A stretch of 63,691 nucleotides of DNA, filler included, from Octopus bimaculoides (Eukaryota), in assembly GCF_001194135.2 (NCBI RefSeq). It is 4 parts of 4 records of this genome, joined end to end, with 100 filler letters (N's around TTAATTAATTAA, not from the genome) between each part and the next. Parts side by side here need not be neighbours in the genome. Positions count along the whole stretch, not along the records: positions 1 to 13,058 come from NC_068987.1; positions 13,159 to 23,564 come from NC_068986.1; 2 more parts are not named here. One strand, 5' to 3'. The notes beneath the pieces were generated by a model. It did not search any database and was not told the origin of the DNA. It worked only from the letters and a program-made list of their open reading frames with translations. Made by a program: the position numbers and the translations under genes. Positions within the stretch are counted from its first letter, which is position 1, and every line of letters begins with the position of its first letter. Of this stretch, positions 1 to 14,370 are shown in pieces.

Positions 1-42
<42 letters not shown>

Positions 43-954
43 GCACACATATATGTATACATACATACATATATGTATATAAACACACGCACATACGCAA
101 ACAAACTGGTACACAGTGTGCTGTAAATAAATACGTTTAGTTATAGTTATTGAATTAGAATTGAATGGATTTCGTGTAAACGCTTTATTTATGCGGATAT
201 TGGTACAATATGCGATTATATATGTGTATATATGAATATATATATATGTGTACATATAGATATATATATGTATATATAAATATACACATATACATAGAGA
301 GAGAGGAGAGGAGGGAAGAGAGAAAGAAGGAGAGAGGTTAATAGATAGATTGATAAACTTTCTATATATATGAATTGATAGAGAGCTATGTAAATAGATA
401 GCAAACCACATATATGAAAATAGAGAGGGTATGATAAACCAAGAAACTATTTTCCTACACAGAATACTAATGAACCTGAAGCTAAAATTGGAATGCAAAA
501 AATGGAAACAAGTTCAAATACTGATTTAAAGAAATTCTCTGATTAATGATTATAAAGGTTTGATTGATATACTGAATACACGTTATGAATATTATGATAT
601 TACTTTGGTATTTCACCTTTTGTTTTACAAGGTATGCTTCATGTCAGGCTCACGCTCATGTAATGGTTATGATGTTCTGTTGACGTCTCTGATATATCAA
701 CTTCCTTGTTATATCTCTAGCACAAAGCTGCCTACAGTAAATCACATTGCCAGACTTGCAATCTTAGCAAACGTTTCGACTACGATGGAGCTTCATTCGC
801 AATGACTTGTGAAACTGCTAAAATATGATGGCATCTGGAACATATGCCAAGTTATCTATCTATCTATCTATCTATCTACCTACCTACTTATGTATGTATG
901 TATGTATGTATTTATCTATTTATCTATCTACCTATCTCTCTAACAACGTGTGTG

Positions 955-1019
<65 letters not shown>

Positions 1020-1339
1020 TATACATGTATACATATATATATGTACATACAAACACACACACGTATAAGGGAAGAAAGAAAGAAAGAACCGAGAGAGAGA
1101 GTGAATGTGTTTATACTTTTGAAAAGCAAACCAAAATAATGCAAGTAAAATGAAATGGTTCGTCCATTTATCTTATATTTCGATATTTTCGAGTCAAGAC
1201 CTCCACTTCACTGAAGGTAATTTGGAAATCTCGTGCTATAAGCCAGCTTCTTTGCTCTGTAATGTGTGTAACACTGTGTGTATAGAACAGCAGTGCTTGG
1301 CGTGTGCAGAACTGTATTGCTATAATAACCAGTCAACTA

Positions 1340-1460
1340 TCTGCACCTCAATTATGTTGGTAATACAACTTTTTGTGTCGCTAATGATGAAGGCTTCTTT
1401 TATTCTAAGACTCTCAGTGTTGCGCCCCGTGGGGTCAAGGATGATTTGGGTGGAACCTAT
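1340..1460 (-). mobile_element. Possible Penelope GIY-YIG endonuclease C-terminal remnant
   Basis: Minus frame IILDPTGRNTESLRIKEAFIISDTKSCITN resembles the ILD..N...LRIKEA..I motif. Short and unsupported by flanks. Confidence 0.22.
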
Positions 1461-1499
1461 CTGTAGAAGTTTTGAAAAGAATGAAATATCAGTAACCTA

Positions 1500-2030
1500 G
1501 ATATCGAATAGTACTTCCAAATTATCACCAGCTTTGACTCATATTCAGTTCACCCTACACAAAATGCTAGGCTTATTGAAGGAGTAGTAAAAGAAGCAAT
1601 TATATCAGCTCCAATACTAGTCTAGCACTTCACCCTATCAACAGCTCAGGGAGGATAACATGGAACTGTGGTCTCAGCCACATTACATAGAAGAAATTCT
1701 ATGTAATTACTGTTCCGAATATTTTCTTTGATTAGATCTAAAATTTTACTGTGTAAAAAGTAAGTATTAAACCCCTGTCTATATAATATCTTTCCAAATT
1801 GCCTGAGAGATCTATATCGAAGACGAATAGATGTTTTCAAGAAGCATGTTAACGTTTTGCTGACCAAAATACGAGACGAGTTTGTATCGCTGCAAGAAAC
1901 TCAAATTAGGGCAACAATATGAAATTCCCTTATTAATCAAAAGCCAACCGTATGAAAATGGAGGTTGAGATGATGGTGAAAATGATGGTGCCCCAATGTG
2001 GTCGAAGCCATCCGGATTAGACACATAAAG
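1500..2030 (+). mobile_element. Highly decayed CR1-like LINE 3' end
   Basis: NIFPNCLRDLYRRRIDVFKKHVNVLLTKIRDE (about 1785-1880) fits the CR1 C-terminal N-x-LP-x-x-LR..DVFK-x-x-LD-x-x-L-x-x-IPDE pattern. It ends in ggtgccccaatgtggtcgaagcc. Confidence 0.45.
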
Positions 2031-2602
2031 GAAAGAAGGTTTACTTTGACACAAATCTCATTTGCATATCATGGCGATTTTACTGTCAAATCACCGGTGT
2101 TATTGTTGTCATTATTTAGTCCACCTTTTGCCCTGCACAAGCTGATGTACGGCCAAAAGAATTTTAGTCATGGTAGTCTGATAATTTTATATGCCTTTCC
2201 CTACATAGATCCAAGTTTACTTCCTTTCTGTGAAGATCTTCGGCTGTATTTTGTAGGGGATTTGGTTTTAAATTCTTGTAGGTTGAGTTCCTCATAAAGT
2301 TATTTTCATTGGTTTCTCTAAATGTTGGTATGGTTCTTTTGTAAACTAACGTGAAATCCGATCATGTACCCATTCCAACTATGACCGATCACGTTGTCTT
2401 TTAATATTGTAGTAGTGAGAGAAATTAAGATTGAAAAAGCTGTATGTAATTAAATCATTATTATATTCATTGCTATTTAAAAGAAGAAACTATAAATTCT
2501 TCCGCTTACAAGTACCGATCTTTAGGATGAACAAAATTCGCGTGTGTATATATATATATATATATAAACATACATATATATGTGTGTATGCGTGTGTGTG
2601 TG

Positions 2603-2637
<35 letters not shown>

Positions 2638-5600
2638 ATGCAAGTGAAAATGTATCTTTGTATTTCCTCCACCACCACTTTACAAATGGTGACGGTGTAT
2701 TTACATCAAAATAAGCTAGCGGTTCGACAGAAGAAGCTGATAGGATAAAAGGTTTTTTAAGAAAAAAAAAACAAGTACTGGTCTCGATTCGTTTGATGAA
2801 AATTCTACAAAGTAGTGCACCAGCATAGACACAATCTAATGACCGAAACAAACAAAAATATACAAGGCTGTGCAATATAATATAATATGGTATTATATAT
2901 ATGTATCAATATATCAGATTATAGACAAATTCGAAGTTTCACGAGAAGTGGGCGCCTGTCTGGAGAGGCGAGAGCAAGTGAAAAGAAAGTTGTTGGGTGA
3001 TTCTAACCATAGACACCTGAGTAAAATCTTGGACTGAATATAGCATTTTGCATTGTCGGTATACAAGTTGACCTTCTGCAGTTTGTTTTCAGTATGGGAA
3101 GGTAGTACGTTTATTATTTTGTTGTTTAACTGTAGGGTTGTTTCGCTGGAGTAGACCTATGATTAGCACTTTTTGATGATTCATCCCTCCATAATCAATG
3201 TTTTACGATCAAGCACACCAGAAAGCCGGCAGACTCTTGAACTGTTTTTCATATGATTAGGCAATCCTGTAACCAGTGGTTTCACGATCAAGCAGACCAA
3301 ATACCAGTCTTCTTATAACCAACACTCCAATGATCAAATATACCAAAATTAGCAGTATTACGACCAGAAGTCCTATGATTAGCAGGCTAGTCATGAAGTA
3401 GGCCGATCACAAGCAGGCTCATAGAAGCAGGCAAGTAATCATCAAACCATTGACCAGCAGATTTATGATCGAAGAGACCTGTAATCAAATGCATTTTGGT
3501 CACGGACGTGTCTATATACAGCTATTTAGATCTGCTTCATGTAATGCATATTTTTATTTTATTTCAGTGAGATATCTTATGATTTCCCATGCGGAACACG
3601 TGACGGCCATAGGAAATCTGATTTTGTTGGCTCAATATGATTCATTCCAATTTATTGGTGATTATATTATAAATTGCTTGAGGAGATCTACTTATACATA
3701 ATCATATTTAAGTTCACTTGGATATAACTGCTTCTTTTCTGTCCAGTCTTTAGATAGTTTCCGTGCTGGAGCACTACTTTCGAGGCCTTAATAAATTACA
3801 TAACCCTCAACAGGCATTTTATCGAATGAGGCTTAAAATTGATCTATGAATTTTTAAAAGGCGCGTGTTCGTGAATGAGATTCCAAATAAGAACGGAAAT
3901 AGTGTAAAGAGACGTTATGAGGTGTAAGTTGGGGTTCTTTCCACAGAATAGTGCTGAAGTGATTAGTGCGACAATGATGTGAACGATTCTTTCTTGTCAT
4001 CCTACGCTTTGCCGATTTGGAGACATAAGGCGAAATCAACCCTGTACCCGATTAGTATTGATTTCATAAGAATTATATGCAAATTTAACTTCGTTGGGAT
4101 TTGAACTACGATCACATTAACGAGAATCGTCAAATATTTTCTCGTTGCTTTAATGACAATTAGAACGTTGGAAAGTATTCCCCAATTGCGGAATATTTTT
4201 TTTATTGTGTAAAACAAATATTTTACGTAGATTTGATTACTTGCAAGTATATCGTAGGTATATTTGCTTTGAAAATCTACACGCAGTTCTTGAAACCAAA
4301 TTAAAGTTTCCCCTATTTAACACAACTGAACAGACAAAAAAAGAATGTTCGGAAAGAGACAACGGAAACATTTGTACGGAAACGTCAGCTACCAATCTAA
4401 GATAGTTTATTACATGTTTTGCAACGTTCAACTGTTTGTACACAATCATACATCTGGCCTGGAGGGGAGGTGTTACGAAGCTGATAACCCCCAAAATGAC
4501 TAAAACAGAAGCATATTCACCTCTAGCCAATTCAAACAAAAGAAGGTTACGACGATATCCGCAAGAACATTTACTTTGGAAATAAAAACTGTAAATTCTG
4601 CGCTGTAACATGAGGAAAAGACAAGTAATATTGTAAATAACTAATACAATAGTAATTGCAATAAGAACTGTTACAAGAGGGTTACGTAATACAACAACAG
4701 ATAAATAAATAAGCAAACAAACGAATCTGAATGAAAACAGCATGATCAACAATGAAAGTTATAGCAAACAGTTGACAATGCTAATATATATTCTGAATCC
4801 ATAGTAAACTATTGGCCATCCAGCATGTTATTTCTTCTTCATTTGCTTGTTTCAACCAATAGACTGTACCATGTTGGAGTAGAGCCTTCGATAAATTTCA
4901 ATTGATAATCTTGTAGTCAGTACTCATGTTTATTATTCATTTCTTTGCTCTTGTATGATAAGTTATGCAATACTTACACAAAAATAAATATGCTAATCGG
5001 TCTTAACACTCGGACGCGCGCACACACACATTACACACACATACGCACACACATACACAAAGGTACATATAAATACACACACATACATATACGATATTTA
5101 ACCCGCTCTTTTTGTCTTTATGTATATGATATATATGATGATTGCAGCGTCTTAATATATGAGTGCCGCCTTCTGCTTGCTCGTTATCGATGACATCCCT
5201 GACATGCCATCCATGACCTCCTAGATGACTACACAGGAACTCTGCATTGTTTAAAGTATAGGAAACTGACGATAGTTGCAACTTACTGATCGCTTCCATC
5301 TGAATAGTCTTACATAATTCGCCACTCTTGCATCGTCATAGGACTTTCAGTAGATAGAATAACAAAAGAGCTCACGATAAAGAGACACCTGAGCATCATG
5401 AGATTGTAGTAAAAACCGTTTGTACCACACGGTGCCACACTTTGAGTCTCCATGATTAGTATCTAGAGACAAGTCGAAGCGAGATGACCAGGAAACATGT
5501 AAAACTGCTGGTTTTACATCAGAATGTCCCTCTCCGAGAAGGGAGGTATGATAACAATTAGGAAAAACTCACTCTGTTAATTTACTGCGGGCATGAACAC

Positions 5601-5901
5601 CAATCGAAGATACTTCTGCTTCTCCATGTTAAGAAAAGGTAGACATCACGTATGCTAGTTTACCCACAGGTTAGATCCTGAGAGGTGCGAGCAGTACAGC
5701 TCCGGGCAGAGTTGGAAACAATAGTGGGTTAACGACTGTATAGTTTAGTGTATAACGTGGCCATCTCTTCCTCTACCTCTCTATATACATATCATCGGCA
5801 ATCCGAGCGCCTCTCAGCATCACTCACTTAGTATAGAAACTGTATTTATATTCTGAACATACAGATATCATAAATATGTGAACTGATTACACATACACAT
5901 A

Positions 5902-6126
5902 GGCGCAGGAGTGACTGTGTGGTAAGTAGATTTCTTACCAATCACATGGTTTCGGGTTAAGTCCCACTGCGTGGCACCTTGGTCAGGTGTCTTCTACTAT
6001 TTCCTCGGGCCAACCAAAGCCTTGTGAGTAGATTTGGTAGCCGGAAACTGAAAGAAGCACATCGTATATGTATATATATATATATATATATATNNNNNNN
6101 NNNCTGAAAGAAGCACATCGTATATG

Positions 6127-6186
<60 letters not shown>

Positions 6187-6443
6187 TGTGTGTATGTGTC
6201 TGTGTGCGTGCGCGTGTGCGTGTGTCTGTGTGTATGTTTGTGTGCATGTGGTTGTCCCCCCAACATCACTCGACAACCGTCGCCGTTGTGTTTACGTCCC
6301 CGTGTTCTAGCGGTCCGGCAAAACAGACCGATAGAATAAGTACTAGGCTTTCAAAGAATAAGTCCCGGTGTCCATTTGTTCCACTAAAGGCGGTGCTCCT
6401 GCATGGCCGCAGCCAAATGACTGAAACCAAAAAAAGAATAAAA
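5902..6443 (+). mobile_element. tRNA-derived SINE family A (internal microsatellite)
   Basis: Pol III-like head (GTGACTGTGTGGT A box, GGGTTAAGTCCC B box), body to ctgaaagaagc, central (TA)/(TG) tract, tail ggcggtgctcc..catggccgcagccaaatgactgaaac. Confidence 0.85.
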
Positions 6444-6461
6444 TAATCATTCATAACTTCT

Positions 6462-6877
6462 TAGTGTTTCAATCATTGGGCTGTGGCTATACCGGTGCAC
6501 CACTTTAAATCGTTTAGTCGAACAAATTGATACCAGTGCTTAATTTTACGCCGGGTACTCATTCTATCCGGATTTTTTGCCGAACCTCTAAGTTAGGGAG
6601 AGGTAAAGAGCCAGTACCTATTGTCAAGTGGAGGTGGTATTGGACAGAAGCAAGTACAAACATATACCTACATATACATGCACGCACACGCACGCACACA
6701 CATATGCATATACTTCTGGCTTCCACAAAGTTTCCATTTATTAAATTCACTCACAATATAGTGGCCGGCCGAGGGCTGCTAAAGTAAAAGAAACTTGCCT
6801 AAGGTGTCACGCAGTGGGACCGAACTTGAAACTATATAGTTGCAAAGCGAGCTTGTTAACCACACAACCAGACCTGT
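6462..6877 (-). mobile_element. SINE family A, diverged copy, tail-to-tail with 5902-6443
   Basis: Reverse complement of family A tail and head around a (CA/CG)n tract. Confidence 0.7.
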
Positions 6878-7454
6878 GAATCTATTCTTAGGTCAAGACT
6901 TCAAAATAGAGATTTCTTTTATAACAAGCCTAGTATGTTGTAACAAATCAAATTCCTTTTCATTCATTTCATTTCAAACACATTTTTAGGCCTATTTTAT
7001 AGATATTTGTTTCTTTCGAGCCATAACGCCTACGCTCGGGTGCCCGAAAATGTACGAATTACATGTCACATTTCAATCAACTCATTTATTATCATTTTTG
7101 AATGGATTCAAAGGATTAGGTGGACCATTGCTGAAGACATAAAACATATATAAAAAAAAAGAAAAGAAAAGAAAAGAAAAAGATGGTTACTGTTGATTTA
7201 CCTTTCACCATAGGGGGTCGACGAAGTCTGACATGCGGCTAAAGAACAAACATAACAACAACCTGTGTTTCCAAATATACCATTTATGGAACAGCATGGT
7301 TCGGATTTTCCAGATTGATTTGCCTCTGACATTCTACACGAAGTCAATCATTACGGGTGACCCCACTCCTGCTGTGTGTTTCAGGAATTTTCATGAGTAT
7401 CACATTTAAATTATCTGACACGGGAAAATTAGATCCTTGGATAAAAACATGCTG

Positions 7455-7487
<33 letters not shown>

Positions 7488-9587
7488 GAAGTTTCTGCAT
7501 TAGTTCACTGTCATTTCAAGTGATATATGAGATGTACATTTTATAATAAAAGTTATATTTGGTACAACTGTCGTAAGTAAATTAAAACTACCATTTCTTT
7601 TTCTTCAAAATCACTCAACAAACATGAAGACATACTTAACTCAACATAACTTATCTGACATTAGAATAAACTTATAATTTCGTTACATGTTTTTACTGAG
7701 TGTCTGTAGAAAACACCGCCATGATTTGTAAGTGAACGTTTGAAGCAAATAGGAAACACTATCTGGTAATGTTAAAAAACGCAGTGAATTGGAATAATAT
7801 TTTTCTTCATCAAACCACATTTTGATAAAAGTATATAAAACTTCGAATTTTTAAAGAATTTTCTATACAGTGTAGACTTTAATAATTGCCTTCGTTTAAT
7901 AAAATTTACATATTTCAAACTAATTAATAGGCAGATCTCTTTATTTTATCACTAACGTAGGCAGAATTACACAAACAAATAGAAACAGGTAATGAAAATG
8001 TGAACAATAATGTTTTCTTGTGGTGAAGTGGCACGGATAAAATACAGATTAGAAGTTTCGCATAGACTCGGCTCACTTCTAGGGTCATCATTGGTTTTCA
8101 CTGAATATCAGAGACTAAATTCTGTTGAAAATACCAAAACCTGTGCAATCGACTCAACAAGAATTTGTACTCTTTAATATAGTGCTATTGTCATAGCGGT
8201 GGTTATTTAAAGGAGGTAAATGCTGATCAAGACAATATGTGACTAACATTTCACACCTATATCATCGGTTGTTTTGCTGTTTACCCTCATTTCTTTTCGC
8301 ATGGGACAAACCCATAATAACACTGTTTTATGGTTCTGGATAGAGAGTATGTTGGCCTAGCCAAAGAGCTTACAATACTTACAACACGCTCTAATATCTA
8401 GTGAATCATCGCGACAGTTTCGACTTTTTCCATTGTTGGTAACCTTTTAATTCAAACCCAGATCATAGTATGGTGAAACACACCTACGACAAGTTGCATT
8501 TCATCAGGGCCATCTGATCTCTTTCGACATACGTAGGCTTATGTTATTTTATATACCATTTCCTTATGTAAAATGACAAGTTGATTTGATGTTTTAGATG
8601 CTTTTCTCACAGTTAGCTGCTTCTTAATAAGAATGGAAACATAAAATATGGTGCACATTTTTGGAATGTGGAGTACGTTCGTGTCACATACTTATAAAAA
8701 GAGATTTGATTTTCACGACCTTGTAAGAAGTACCAATCTTTTGGAAATCTCGAGATTTATAATTATATTAAATTTAACACGACGTAATTTTAAAATTCTA
8801 TTACACTTGTTTTACTATACAAAATGGACAGAATACATACGTAAACTTTGTAGATATAAAAACTGCTTCAATAGAAATTTATTGTTGTGCTCCTACAGAA
8901 GGTAACTATAAGTAACGAATAACTATAAGTAACGAATGTGTATGAGTTTGTCAATGATGCAAATAGAAACGACTATTTAAATATATCCTTTGTCAAAGTT
9001 ATACTAATGCATTTATGTAAAATAATTCTCACTCCATCGGGAAATTTAGGGTTCAAAATATTTAAGGTTATATAAGATTGACAGGTTCTGATGTTTCGCT
9101 TCACAAATTGTTGTTGGTATGTGTTTATACGGCTTGATAACACTGGTTTAAAAGCCAGTGGGAATATTGCTTTCTTTTACAAAATATTTAAATATAAATC
9201 ACTTAAAGGCTACAGGCAAAATCTGTAGATTGTATACATATATTTGATTAAAAGTAGGACTATACATATATGTTAATTGCATTGTTTATATCGGTCTGTC
9301 AATATAATTTTATCTACCTATCAATCTATCTTGGCAAACAGATATAAACACAACGAGACAAATGCACGTACGATCACACACACACACACACGCACACACA
9401 CACGCGCGCGCGCATGCGCACACACACATGCGTACGTGTAGGTGTGTGCGAGTGTGCATGTGCGTGTTTGTAAGTAAATGTACATATAAGAAAGTGTAGT
9501 ACTCCAGATATATGTTTGTTAGTGATTTATAAACCGCTGTATTGATGAAGTAAAATATCAGATATGTTCAAATTAATATATACACAA

Positions 9588-9670
<83 letters not shown>

Positions 9671-10324
9671 CATACATACTACATGTGGTACAGAAACTTG
9701 GCTTGAACTTTGGTGGGAGGGGGACTTAGCGATTACAACGATCCCAGTGTTTGATAAAAGGCAAAGTCAGGTTGGTAGGATTTGAACTGAGAAAATATAT
9801 GTGTATGCGGGTGTAATGTGATTAATTCGTTGTCACTTATTTTAAATACACACACGCGCGCGCCCAGACCCAATCCAACATACACGGTCACACACACACA
9901 CACACACATGCATACATAAAAACGCACACATACACACGTACACAACTTTAGGTACTACCAGATGTGCTTTGTGATTTACTAGGCAAACATTTTCGTACCT
10001 TCAGTTTAACATGTTTAACTATGATACTATGATTACCTGTGTTTGCTAATGCATTAAATATATCAGTGCGCATGTACATACAACACATACATAAACAACA
10101 CACGCACACACATACACATACACACTCACGAACTCACACACCGACACACTAACAACAAACACTCACAAACGCACAAACATTTTTTTAATATATAAATATA
10201 CATAATGTAGATAGTAAACTAATATCTGTATCATATTTACAAATGGAATATCTAAATAATGTATTTGTACCTGTCTGTCTGTATGCCTGTCAATGTACTT
10301 ATGTATGTATCTATTTATCCGGAT

Positions 10325-10356
<32 letters not shown>

Positions 10357-10395
10357 ATATATACATTTATATCTATATTATATATAAGTGTGTAG

Positions 10396-10453
<58 letters not shown>

Positions 10454-10495
10454 GATATAGATATAGATATATCCGGATAAATATATATAATATAG

Positions 10496-10557
<62 letters not shown>

Positions 10558-11606
10558 CTATACGTGTATTTAAGTATTTCTGTGTATATGTGTATGTGCT
10601 TATCAATAAATATCCACACACATATCTATTTCTGTGTGTGTGTATGTGTGTGTTTGTGTGTATGTGTGTACATATATATACATATGTGTGTATATTATCA
10701 ACAACTAGCCTAACACCTTTATAACAGGTATAGTTATTTGTATAGCTTCACATTTTAGATAAGACAAGCAAACACAGATCCTACTAATATTTTAGATTAC
10801 TTTATCATACTATAAACTAAAACCGTGTTTCTCTATTATGATTGCATGGAGTAGTGTATGAGCCAGTGTGTAAGAATATATGTATGTGAATTTGTGATTG
10901 TTTCAATGATAGTATATATGAGTGTAAATGTGTGTTAGGACAGAAAACATTTCTTCGTCTTCACCTGGGTATGTAAAAGCTAAAACGAATCAATAAAAGT
11001 TTATGTACTGTTAATTTTCTTTTGTTCTGTTATTTAACTATAAGCCAGGCGTCACACACTAAAATAATGTATGATAATACCTACACAGTATACTGATAAC
11101 AACTGTATTATCTTCAAAAACAATGATTTATAAAGGATTATTCAAAATATTAACAAAATTAAACGGTAGGTATATAACAGATTTGAGGTAATGGGGAAAA
11201 TCTTTGTTATGTGTAATGATTAAAAAAAATTCATTAAAAGAAAAAAATTGTATAAATCACATTAAAGTGTACACATATATACTACTTTATCTACATGAAA
11301 TAACCACTTTCCGTCTCTGTCTGTCTGCCTGACTATCTGATTATCTGTCCGTCCGTCTGTCTGTCTGTCTGTCTGCATCTCTGTATAAACCTACTGAGAT
11401 AAGTAACAAAATAGTTTGGGCACTCACACACAATCGCATAAACGTAAGTAGACACGCACACACAAACACAATCGCACACACGTAACGAAAACAAGAATCA
11501 TATGCCTGAAAAGCACGTATCTGCATATCTGTACCTGCATACGTGTTTGTAATACAACTGTATACCTGTATGCAAGTAGGTTTATACAAGTTCATATGAA
11601 TACCTA

Positions 11607-11647
<41 letters not shown>

Positions 11648-12009
11648 NNNNNNNNNNATATATATATATGACCACATATAAGCGTGTGTACATACGTATA
11701 TACACACGTAAAAACATTTGCATACGCCCACGAACTGGGTTATATAAAGTTCTGCGCTCCATAAGTTCACCGCAAGTTAAACGTAAGAAGTACATATTCA
11801 GAAATAAGATCTTGTTTTATATCTATATAATTGATTAGTAATTTACTATCGTACACGTATGTATATTAGTGGTTAATTTGCATTGGTGTGTGTTTATTGT
11901 GTGACTGAATTCCTATATAATTTTATTCAAATTGGTGAATGAAAGCAGGTAAATCAAATAAGAGGAATATATCAAAATATTGTCTGCACATACATCTTAC
12001 ATACAAAGG

Positions 12010-12414
12010 AACCGGTATGACTGTGTGAAGAAGATTGTTTTCCAACGACATGGTTTCGGGTTCAGTCCTACTGTGTGGTACCTTGGGCTAGTATCTTCTA
12101 CTATAGACCCGGGGCGACCAAATCCTTGTGAGTAGATTTGGCGAAAGGAAACTGAAAGAAGGCCGCCGCATTTATATTCTTTTATTTGTTTCAGGTTATT
12201 TGACTGCGGTCATGCTGGAGCACCAACTTTAGTCGAACAAATCGACCCTAGGAATTATTCTTTGTAAGCCTAGTACTTATTCTATTGGTTCTTTTGCCAA
12301 ACCGCCTGGTTACTGAGATGTAAACACACTAACATCACTCGTCAAGCGATGGTGTGGGAAAAAACAGACACAGAAAACATATATATATACATATATATAA
12401 ATATATGAATACAT

Positions 12415-12445
<31 letters not shown>

Positions 12446-12477
12446 CGCACACACACACAGACACACACACACACACG

Positions 12478-12532
<55 letters not shown>

Positions 12533-12689
12533 GCACGACGGGCTTCTATTTTCCGTCTATCTACCAAGTCCACTCACGTGGCTTTAGTCGGCCCGAAGCT
12601 ATGGTAGAAGTCACTTGCCCAAGGTGCCACGCAATGGGATAGAACCCGGGACCATGTGGATGAACAGAAAGATACTTACCATACAGCCT
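12010..12689. mobile_element. SINE family A: head (+, 12010-12166) facing a full copy (-, 12176-12689)
   Basis: Family A motifs in both orientations; the minus copy carries a central (CA)n(TA)n tract. Confidence 0.8.
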
Positions 12690-12886
12690 ATATATATACG
12701 TATATATACATACGTACGTAACTTAGCGGTACAGCCAATGACACCTATACAGTGAGTCCTGAGTCCCTGTGTTCCCTTAAAAATCCTTCAAGTCGTTGCT
12801 CCAGTATTGTCGCTGTCAGGGGATTGAAACAAGTAAAATAAAAACAAGGTATATGCAAACAAACACAGACTAACACACTTGCACAC

Positions 12887-13005
<119 letters not shown>

Positions 13006-13575
13006 ATACCTGCACATTCATCTACGTATCTATCACTCTAATTATATATATATATATANNNNNNNNNNNNNNNNNNNNNNNNNNNNNNNNNNNNNNNNNN
13101 NNTTAATTAATTAANNNNNNNNNNNNNNNNNNNNNNNNNNNNNNNNNNNNNNNNNNNNATATATATGTAATTCTCTCTTTCTCTGTATTTACACACACAC
13201 ACACATATGTATATATATATATATGTATATGTCGGATGTCTGCATGTAGAGCGTTCTAACTTATCAATCCTCAAGAGAGCTGCTCCTGCTTGTTGGTTCC
13301 TCCTCTTTTTTTAATATATATATCTCCATTGTGTTCTCCTCGCCATGACCTTTACATTATCAAGTATTTTACCATCACCATCTAACCAAATACGTTAGAG
13401 TGTGTGCGTACATGCTTCTCTCTCTCTCTCTTTCTTCCCCCTATTAATCTCTCGCTCTGTACGTCTGTGTGCGAATGTATGTGCAAGTGTTTATTTTTGA
13501 GTGTGAGTTTATGTGTCGTTTGGACAGCAAAAAATAAATGGACAACTAACTTGATTGATAACCATGCAAGAGAAG

Positions 13576-13625
<50 letters not shown>

Positions 13626-14043
13626 CTTCTTTGTCTATTTGTCTATCTGTCTGTCAATCTATTTTTCTATCTATCTATATACAGACAGACGTATGTTTAT
13701 ACTCGTTTTCATGACTCTCAAGAGCAGTAACCCTGGTCAACTTAGACGTTTAACGGCGTAGATAAAATAAATACCTAACAAAATACGAGATTCGATTAAA
13801 AAAAGACTTCTGGACTACCACTTTGGCAATTGGTGAAGGTCATGGCAAGAGAAACTCAAACTCTTGGCTAAATACTTAGAGCTGATGGTCAAACCGTAGT
13901 CCTGGCAGGGGCTTCAGAAACCGTTTGTAAAATGCTGCAGCTGCAACTTAATCATTAACTTTTTTATTCTTTGTTTGAGAAATACATCCATGGTTTTCTT
14001 CCTCACAAAACAAAACAAAAAAAATGATTATATATATATATTT

Positions 14044-14370
14044 AAGGCGGAGGAGTGGCTGTGTGTTAAGTAGCTTGCGTACGAACTACATGGTTCCTGG
14101 TTCAGTCCCACTGCGTGGCACCTTGGACAAGTGTCTTNNNNNNNNNNTATATATAAATATGTATATGTGTGTGTTTGTGTGTGTGTGTGTTTGTGTGTGT
14201 GTGTTTGTCCCCCAACTGATACTGGTGTGTTTATGCCCCCGTAATTTAGCGGTTCCGCAAAAGAGAACGATAGAATAAGTACTAGGCTTACAAAGAATCA
14301 GTCCTGGGGTCAATTTGATCGACTAAAGGCGGTGCTACAGCATGGCCACAGTCAAATGACTGAAACAAGT
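14044..14370 (+). mobile_element. SINE family A (interrupted by 10-N gap)
   Basis: ggagtggctgtgtg...ggttcagtcccactgcgtggcacc head; gataagtactaggcttacaaagaat-type tail. Confidence 0.8.

Noticed and set aside
1585-1625. VKEAIISAPILV resembling the Gypsy RT-RNaseH connection
   Set aside because: Too short and unsupported by flanks; it lies inside the CR1-like remnant.
5480-5515. GAUGACCAGGAAACAUGUA hammerhead-like string
   Set aside because: Core start is wrong, helix II is too short and helix I does not pair.
13103-13114. TTAATTAATTAA isolated inside N runs (also 23609-23620 and 41249-41260)
   Set aside because: An identical 12-mer with stops in all six frames in the middle of gaps; a scaffolding linker, not genomic sequence.
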